Positions 26,796 through 32,485 of a stretch of 32,485 nt of DNA are shown piece by piece (position 1 is the stretch's first letter; the number at the start of each line of letters is the position of its first letter). Origin of the DNA: a virus (Duplodnaviria; Caudoviricetes); IMG/VR virus record IMGVR_UViG_3300017753_000047, positions 1-32,485 of that record; one strand, 5' to 3'. Made by a program: the position numbers and the translations under genes. The notes beneath the pieces are model-generated. The model was given only the letters and a program-made list of their open reading frames with translations. It made no database searches and was not told where the DNA came from.

Positions 26796-28202
26796 CTAAT
26801 TCCTATGGATATTTAGTGAATGTGTCTGGCTAATACTATCTGCTCCATTAGGGAACTCTTGTGATCGATAATCATCAACGCTTGCTAAATACTGCTGGTA
26901 GTTACCTGTTCCATTCAAAATAGTATCAGTCATTGATCCACGGTTATTGCCACTATCATTAAAATTATATCTGATACGGTACCCGGGCACATTGATAGTG
27001 TAATACTGCATGTAATATAAAAATAGTGTGTTCATACTATAAGTTCCAAATTGTGGTATCTCTTGTACACCGTTTGGATCAGATCCGTTATAGTAAAGTC
27101 GAACTGGTCTAATGCTTAGCGGTTCTGGATTTGTGATAGTTGAATTTCTTAAATGTAAATAATAATTCTGTACTGTTTGCGGTTGATCGAGAGATTCCGG
27201 AATTCCGGCTGCAGAATATAATGATGTATCAGCTCTAGTATCTTGAAACACTATTCCTTGTGGTGTGCAATCAATTTCCGCAGAATCTGTTGATACAAAA
27301 TAAGTGCCGGCCGTATTCTGATTAACTGTAGATGATGTAAGAATATCAATAGCTGGAGAAATGAATGTATCTACCATGTCTGCAGCTGTCATTTCAGTTA
27401 TACCAGTAATAGGATCATAATAGCATGGATTAAGAAAAGTTGCCGATGTAGGATCTGTTGTACTGACAAAACTTTGTAGAACTTTATTAAACTGTGTTGT
27501 AACTACCTGAGGTTCTTGAGTTGTCGCTTCAGATGGATATGACTGAGGTGCAATTGTAGTAACTGTATTAGTACCTGCACCTCCTCTAATATAAGTGTAA
27601 TGTCCGGACCAACCACTGGATGGAAAACTAGTCAGTATAGTAATTGTATCACCAGAAGAAGCATTGAAAGTTGCTTGTGGTGCAGATACTGTAACGTTAT
27701 ATGAAGTTAGAGTTTGATAGTATATTTGAGTTCCATTTAATTTAACAGTAAGAGGTGCTGTCAAGCTGTATGAGTACCATGCAAAATCGATTGTATAAGT
27801 TCCAGTGGCGTTAATTTGAAAAGACATGTCTACTGTACCGACACTACCATTATCAGCCCAGAGTTGATGAGTGTATATACCTGCTGGTGTAGAAGAATTT
27901 ATTCGTGGGTCATAACCACCGAATGTGCCATGTGCTCTTCGGTTTGTAGAATGTGTACCTGTAAGATTAGATGCAGTAACAGTGGTAGTTGTAGTAGTGG
28001 CAGAATCGATTGACGCTGCACCGGCAGATAAGCGTGTATCTGAAATGTTACCTAAGTTACCTGTAGCGGCTACGGCTAGTGTTACTGCAGGAGATTGACC
28101 ATACTTAAAAACTGCGTAGTTAATTAAAGTCTGTACATCAGCGGCGGACATTTCTATGAGTCCGTTTGTTCCATTAACTTTAAGGGGACGTCTTACAGCC
28201 AT
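26796..28202 (-). CDS. Virion structural protein with a probable inserted beta-sandwich domain
   Basis: MAVRRPL start, DTFI.PAI, F.DTRAD...Y....IPE..DQP, DDYRSQEFPNG. Thr-rich linkers flank a central aromatic-rich domain. Confidence 0.75.
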   Translation of the reverse strand: MAVRRPLKVNGTNGLIEMSAADVQTLINYAVFKYGQSPAVTLAVAATGNLGNISDTRLSAGAASIDSATTTTTTVTASNLTGTHSTNRRAHGTFGGYDPRINSSTPAGIYTHQLWADNGSVGTVDMSFQINATGTYTIDFAWYSYSLTAPLTVKLNGTQIYYQTLTSYNVTVSAPQATFNASSGDTITILTSFPSSGWSGHYTYIRGGAGTNTVTTIAPQSYPSEATTQEPQVVTTQFNKVLQSFVSTTDPTSATFLNPCYYDPITGITEMTAADMVDTFISPAIDILTSSTVNQNTAGTYFVSTDSAEIDCTPQGIVFQDTRADTSLYSAAGIPESLDQPQTVQNYYLHLRNSTITNPEPLSIRPVRLYYNGSDPNGVQEIPQFGTYSMNTLFLYYMQYYTINVPGYRIRYNFNDSGNNRGSMTDTILNGTGNYQQYLASVDDYRSQEFPNGADSISQTHSLNIHRN

Positions 28203-28211
28203 TATATATCC

Positions 28212-28952
28212 TTATGCTACACTAAACGCAGAATCTGTTGACATCAAATAGCCAGCCAATAAGTTAACACCTAGTGAATCTTTAATTGTAAATTGTTTTG
28301 CTTCTCGTAAACCTACTCCATCAATAGAAAGAGTATCGCTGATATTTGCAGTGTTTGCAGTAAAGGTATTTACTTGCGCATTTGTAATACTTGCGCTATC
28401 TGCAGATAAGTTAGTAATATGTCCATTCGCAAAATTAAAATTACCTGTACCAGAAAGATTTGTTATATGAGCAGAGTCTCCAAAAATAGCAACTGCTTTT
28501 AGAACTGAAAAGTCTGCTGAATCATAATTTATATTGATACCAGATATGTTATTAATGATTGCAGAATCGATAGACGCGTTGACGTATCTTAGACTATTAC
28601 CTCTTAATAACGTAACCGTAGATGAATCAACAGTAGCACTATCAACAATAAGTGTACCTACTGTTAATCGAGTAAATCTTGCACTATCACCAATAATACC
28701 ACCAACACGGATAGTAGCAGTACCACTTGTCAGATAGTCATTAATACTATCAACCTGATAGTGTATGTGATTCAAAGCTTTTACAAAACTTGAATCGTCA
28801 AATTTACCAATGTCTGGGCTATCTGCAAACTGATTTATCTTAAAACTTGAGTCTAGATCATCGAGGTCACCAAGATAATTGGACATAGTATTGAGCTTTG
28901 AAACCATTGTTCCAATGGCGTCGGTTGAGTTTAATTGTATTTTACGTGCCAT
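28212..28952 (-). CDS. DS-rich fibre-like structural protein, paralog A
   Basis: Starts MARKI..N.TD......K.N..S...GDLDDL and ends LAG.LMSTD, like its neighbour. 13 DS in 246 aa. Confidence 0.8.
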   Translation of the reverse strand: MARKIQLNSTDAIGTMVSKLNTMSNYLGDLDDLDSSFKINQFADSPDIGKFDDSSFVKALNHIHYQVDSINDYLTSGTATIRVGGIIGDSARFTRLTVGTLIVDSATVDSSTVTLLRGNSLRYVNASIDSAIINNISGININYDSADFSVLKAVAIFGDSAHITNLSGTGNFNFANGHITNLSADSASITNAQVNTFTANTANISDTLSIDGVGLREAKQFTIKDSLGVNLLAGYLMSTDSAFSVA

Positions 28953-28968
28953 AGTTTACCTCTAAACC

Positions 28969-28976
28969 TATTTATA
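28969..28976 (-). promoter_or_regulatory. T4-type late promoter
   Basis: Exact TATAAATA overlapping the upstream stop, 16 nt before ATG 28952. Confidence 0.75.
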
Positions 28977-29889
28977 ATATTGCAGAGTCATTATCAGTAG
29001 ACATTAGATGTCCAGCTAAAACAATAGAACCTAAAGCTGGTACATCGACTGCAGAATCAAATGCGTTAACGGCGCCAGAAGAATCAAGTGTTGACCTATT
29101 AGTGAATACCAATTTTTTCACGTTGTCAAGGCCTACGCTATCAAAATTAATTAAATCAATATTAGCACTGTCAAAAAGTACTACATCAAATATAGCATTG
29201 TTTGGTAGATTAGAACTGTCAACGGTAAATTTACCAAGTGTTGCACTATCGTAGTTCATGTCTTTACCTGATAAATTAGTAAAGGCACCACTGTCAGCAG
29301 TCAAACCACTATCAAATCTTAATATATCAAAATCACCACGTCCTGGCCAAGCTAAAGGAAAGCCAGTGTTTATGCCTGCGGCAGTAGGACCGGCATTGAT
29401 TAATCCAAAACCACTGTCATAATTCAGGAATTCACCGGAAATAAAATCAATCCTTGCGCTATCAATAGTAGCGCTATCAAAAGATAAAGTTACTCCTACT
29501 ACTTTCGTAAATGTAGCACTATCAAGAATTAGAAAATCGCTATCAACAGTTAAATTTCCTGTGACTACTAAATTAAATTGTGCAGAGTCAGCATCTAGAT
29601 GTCCAATTTTCATTAGACCAGTAGAATCACTTACTGCTCTATGCATAAAGTTGTAGCCACTCTCAACCATATTAACTGCATTGAGTAATGACATAGATCT
29701 TGAAGAAAGCTGGTGCGCAAATCCACCTTGTGCAGAATCTTGTATACCAGTAGGTGTATAGTAAGATGAACCAAACCTAAGCTTAGCATTAAGATCATCA
29801 AGATCACCGATTTGATCTGAAACCTGATTTACTTTTGTTTGAAAAGCAGATAGAGTATCGGTAGTATTAAAAGTGATTTTACGCGCCAT
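28972..29889 (-). CDS. DS-rich fibre-like structural protein, paralog B
   Basis: Same N- and C-terminal motifs as paralog A. 17 DS in 305 aa. Confidence 0.8.
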   Translation of the reverse strand: MARKITFNTTDTLSAFQTKVNQVSDQIGDLDDLNAKLRFGSSYYTPTGIQDSAQGGFAHQLSSRSMSLLNAVNMVESGYNFMHRAVSDSTGLMKIGHLDADSAQFNLVVTGNLTVDSDFLILDSATFTKVVGVTLSFDSATIDSARIDFISGEFLNYDSGFGLINAGPTAAGINTGFPLAWPGRGDFDILRFDSGLTADSGAFTNLSGKDMNYDSATLGKFTVDSSNLPNNAIFDVVLFDSANIDLINFDSVGLDNVKKLVFTNRSTLDSSGAVNAFDSAVDVPALGSIVLAGHLMSTDNDSAIL

Positions 29890-30094
29890 CTATCTTTTCC
29901 AATATCTTTGAAAGCATAATTTTCATATCACCGACATCTTTTTTTAAGTTATCTAATTCATGCTTTTCTTGTGCCCTAGCTTTTTTTCTAGCTCTTGCTT
30001 GCTGAATTTCACTTCTATTAGTATTTAGTATCGCTCCGGTTTCTTTGTCTTTAGCAAAGTCTGGATCACCATCAACTCGAATTAAATCATTCAT
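29879..30094 (-). CDS. Small coiled-coil protein typically following the VrlC-like gene
   Basis: V.G.....KD..TGAILN followed by a heptad helix. TAATG coupling with the upstream gene. Confidence 0.8.
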   Translation of the reverse strand: MNDLIRVDGDPDFAKDKETGAILNTNRSEIQQARARKKARAQEKHELDNLKKDVGDMKIMLSKILEKIDGA

Positions 30095-31665
30095 TAGACA
30101 CTCAGTGCAATAGTTCTTAAATCTTTTATTCTTGTTACCTTAGATCTGTCAGTAGAATTCAAAACAATTTTTATTTGGAACTGATCAAATTCTGGTAATG
30201 TACCTTGTGTTCCTCCTATTAAATACTCGTATTCTCTAAATATAAATCTGTCTGGTTCATCTGGGTTATTACTAGAAGTTGTTGCCAGTGTGTAATTAAC
30301 TTTTCTTAAATCTTCATCAGCTTTACAAGCTCTAAAATATAAATCAAAAAATGCACCTTTTGGTTTATTGGCTGCAAGTAAAATTTTCAATCCTACAGCA
30401 GGCTCGACTAATTTAATTACTCGAGTTATATGCTTCGATGCTGAAGATCCTCCAATAGGATTAGTTTCTGCTACAAACTCGATAGGTACGTTAAAGTTAG
30501 TAGTTGATGCGCTATCTTGACGATCTACTTGATAATCAATTAGTGTTGCCGAAGCCCTTTGCAAATCTAATAATGGACTAACTTTATTATTTCTAGTTAC
30601 AAAACTTGTGTATACTTCTAATGATTTAATATTTGACCCAAGTTCTGATGTTTCAATATCTGTATTGGCTACAACATAAGCTTTAGGCTTATATTGAGTT
30701 TTATTACTAGAAATATTTACAAAATCAACTTCTTTTTGATATGCAGTTTCTGTACCGGCAAATGATTTACCGGTAGTTCCTTTCATTTGAGTATATATGT
30801 GAGTGTTCATGGGTGTTAATGTCTGCTCATTTAAGTACATGACTGAATAAGGGATATTCTTCGAAGTTTTAACACTAATTCCACCACCTATATCGTCTGA
30901 GTCTGCTACAGCTCCAGCTGTAACAGTATATCCAGTCCAGTCGACTGCACTAATTACTTTTGATCCCATAATCTGTGTAGTCGCAAGTCCACCAATTGTA
31001 GCAGATGAATCCATACCAAGGATAGTGACTGGATCATTAACTAGAAAGCCATGACCTTTATGAGCAATTCTTACTGTATTACTACCACCAGTTGTTTGTA
31101 CTGGATCTTGTTTCAATAATTTCATAGGTACTGGAGCATTCTTTGTACAAACTACTCCTTCAGTTGCAGTGAATTCTGCTATATAAATTTCAAAGGTTAA
31201 ATCTTGGTTTTGCGCTGGACTAAATGTTCCACCATTCTGAGAATAGAATAAAGAACCTAGTGCTGGATTACGGTTAACTCGGCTTGCTGTGGTTCCTACT
31301 TCGTATTCTTCAATTTGTGCAATATAAATTTTATAGTTTGGATCAGTTGTTGTACACACTAAAGCGTAGTCTGTTAACCCTTTAAGGTAAACTGGCTCTT
31401 CAAATTCAAATGTAGTTGCTAAAGAAACATCTGCCGAAGTATTAACATTAGCTGTATTAACATATATTGTTGATGATGGTATGATCTCAGAAGTAGAAGG
31501 AAAGCCATTTACCATTGGCCTAAGTTGCAGCATAACCGGAGCAGTTGATCCTTTTGCACTAAAATAAAGATCAATTTTAGTTACATAGCATCCGGATGGC
31601 TGATCAACATAAAATGATTGAGCTATAGGATTCCTACTAATATTATATCCAAGTGAAGTTGTCAT
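30094..31665 (-). CDS. Structural protein equivalent to the C-terminal part of the VrlC/DUF4815-like giant virion protein
   Basis: PIAQSF.V....G..VTKIDLYF..K....PV.LQLR...NG.P, TTF.F..PVYL, GSLF.SQNG.T....Q..DL.F, F.EYEY, F..FQIKIV, IKDLR.IAL. Confidence 0.82.
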   Translation of the reverse strand: MTTSLGYNISRNPIAQSFYVDQPSGCYVTKIDLYFSAKGSTAPVMLQLRPMVNGFPSTSEIIPSSTIYVNTANVNTSADVSLATTFEFEEPVYLKGLTDYALVCTTTDPNYKIYIAQIEEYEVGTTASRVNRNPALGSLFYSQNGGTFSPAQNQDLTFEIYIAEFTATEGVVCTKNAPVPMKLLKQDPVQTTGGSNTVRIAHKGHGFLVNDPVTILGMDSSATIGGLATTQIMGSKVISAVDWTGYTVTAGAVADSDDIGGGISVKTSKNIPYSVMYLNEQTLTPMNTHIYTQMKGTTGKSFAGTETAYQKEVDFVNISSNKTQYKPKAYVVANTDIETSELGSNIKSLEVYTSFVTRNNKVSPLLDLQRASATLIDYQVDRQDSASTTNFNVPIEFVAETNPIGGSSASKHITRVIKLVEPAVGLKILLAANKPKGAFFDLYFRACKADEDLRKVNYTLATTSSNNPDEPDRFIFREYEYLIGGTQGTLPEFDQFQIKIVLNSTDRSKVTRIKDLRTIALSV

Positions 31666-31685
31666 TTAATTAACCTTCTTTTTAA

Positions 31686-32485
31686 TTATGCAGCCTTAAC
31701 TAATTTATTTTTATATTGTCCATGGACTGTGTATGTTTGACCTTGTGTGTATACATCGTAACGATCATCTGCTGTACCGATATAGACAGTAGGCGTTAGT
31801 TGTTCTACATACTCAATTGATTTAACTTCTACGTCATTAATATAGTCACCTAACACTAAGTCTTCTGTACGTTTCCATGAACCATTGACAAGCACAGGGT
31901 GATCATTAGTAATCTTCAACTCATCATTAATTTTATAGTATCCATCGCGCATATGTTTATGTATTACTTCTGTAACAATAGTATTATCTAACATGTCTCC
32001 GACCTTAACGTTTGTTACAAAATCAATTGTACCGTTAAGCAATACTTTCATGTCCTCTGTTAGACACCAATCCATATCAGGCTCACCACCGTAACCCCCA
32101 TCATCATTCCCGTCATCATCATCTCCAGCATCATCATTATTCATACTATGAGAAAAGTCACCATCAGCTTCGACTGATCCTTGATATTCACCATTCCATT
32201 CATTACTTCCACCGCCGTGATCATGGTTATCGCCTCCACCACCATGATGAATTTGAGGTATGTTTTCAATTGATTGAGAATGCTCAACGTTTAAAATACG
32301 GGTTGACAAAATATCTTGATCAATAGCATTTAAGTAACCTGTAGATGCGTATAGTGCTCGAGCAACTGTACCGGATCTTTTCTCAACATTTGCAGTAATA
32401 TCCAATATCTTAAATTCTAAAGTACCAGTTCTAAATCTAAGTGTGGGAGAGTTAGGAATAAAGAATGATCCTTCAACTGCACCAT
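31686..32485 (-). CDS. 3' end of a large VrlC/DUF4815-like structural protein ending in a Hint domain (5'-truncated by window)
   Basis: Frame is open to the window edge (GAVEGSFFIPNSPTLRFRTGTLEFKILD...), so the track start at 32405 is internal. Gly/Asp/His linker, then a Hint domain. Confidence 0.85.
   Translation of the reverse strand, partial: GAVEGSFFIPNSPTLRFRTGTLEFKILDITANVEKRSGTVARALYASTGYLNAIDQDILSTRILNVEHSQSIENIPQIHHGGGGDNHDHGGGSNEWNGEYQGSVEADGDFSHSMNNDDAGDDDDGNDDGGYGGEPDMDWCLTEDMKVLLNGTIDFVTNVKVGDMLDNTIVTEVIHKHMRDGYYKINDELKITNDHPVLVNGSWKRTEDLVLGDYINDVEVKSIEYVEQLTPTVYIGTADDRYDVYTQGQTYTVHGQYKNKLVKAA
31719..32066 (-). other. Hint (intein-like) domain without homing endonuclease
   Basis: Block A CLTEDMKV (Cys codon 32066-32064), V.VGD, block B ITNDHP, W.R.EDL..GD, block F-like TVYI, terminal VHG instead of HN. 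Confidence 0.85.

Noticed and set aside
110-28737. Numerous plus-strand ORFs of 62-138 aa in the ORF track
   Set aside because: All are antisense shadows of well-supported minus-strand genes, with no recognisable motifs. They are expected from codon bias.
17163-29889. Bacteroidota host inferred from the DS sequon
   Set aside because: That glycosylation system acts on exported proteins, whereas virions assemble in the cytoplasm. Strong SD use and the ROSE/IbpA-type hsp20 point instead to a proteobacterial host.
31666-31730. Canonical intein or stop-codon readthrough joining the two VrlC-like ORFs
   Set aside because: The Hint lacks the terminal Asn and a +1 nucleophile. A TAA stop, a frame change and an independent SD (AAGG) with ATG separate the ORFs.
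1-32485. tRNA, rRNA, integrase, transposase or homing endonuclease genes
   Set aside because: Intergenic gaps are too short and show no cloverleaf, and no ORF has the relevant motifs.

Overview
Fragment of an AT-rich T4-like (myovirus) phage genome, with every credible gene on the minus strand. The gene set resembles marine T4-like phages, and the IbpA-like Hsp20 with a ROSE-type leader suggests a proteobacterial host (inference). Positions 1-9706 hold the replication/recombination module in transcription order: uvsY, uvsW, hypothetical, gp55, gp47, gp46, gp45, hypothetical, gp44, glutaredoxin, small membrane protein, gp62, regA, hsp20. It is driven by repeated T(G/T)TAC(A/T)-N17-TATAAT promoters. 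Positions 9760-32485 hold a late virion/fibre module with TATAAATA promoters: four paralogous beta-propeller proteins sharing one N-terminal module, a 2064-aa repeat fibre with two cupredoxin-like domains, further fibre/baseplate proteins, a GT-A glycosyltransferase, and a VrlC/DUF4815-like structural gene split at a C-terminal Hint domain. The most notable signals are: (1) strong Asp-Ser dipeptide enrichment in several unrelated virion proteins around a phage glycosyltransferase, a candidate sequon-directed virion glycosylation system; (2) a GC-shifted, RBS-bearing +1-frame ORF nested in gp46; (3) a non-splicing Hint domain at the split of a structural gene; (4) a ROSE-like RNA thermometer on hsp20; (5) an orphan antisense promoter followed by a G-run. 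All family calls come from motif recognition, not database searches, and all counts are by hand.
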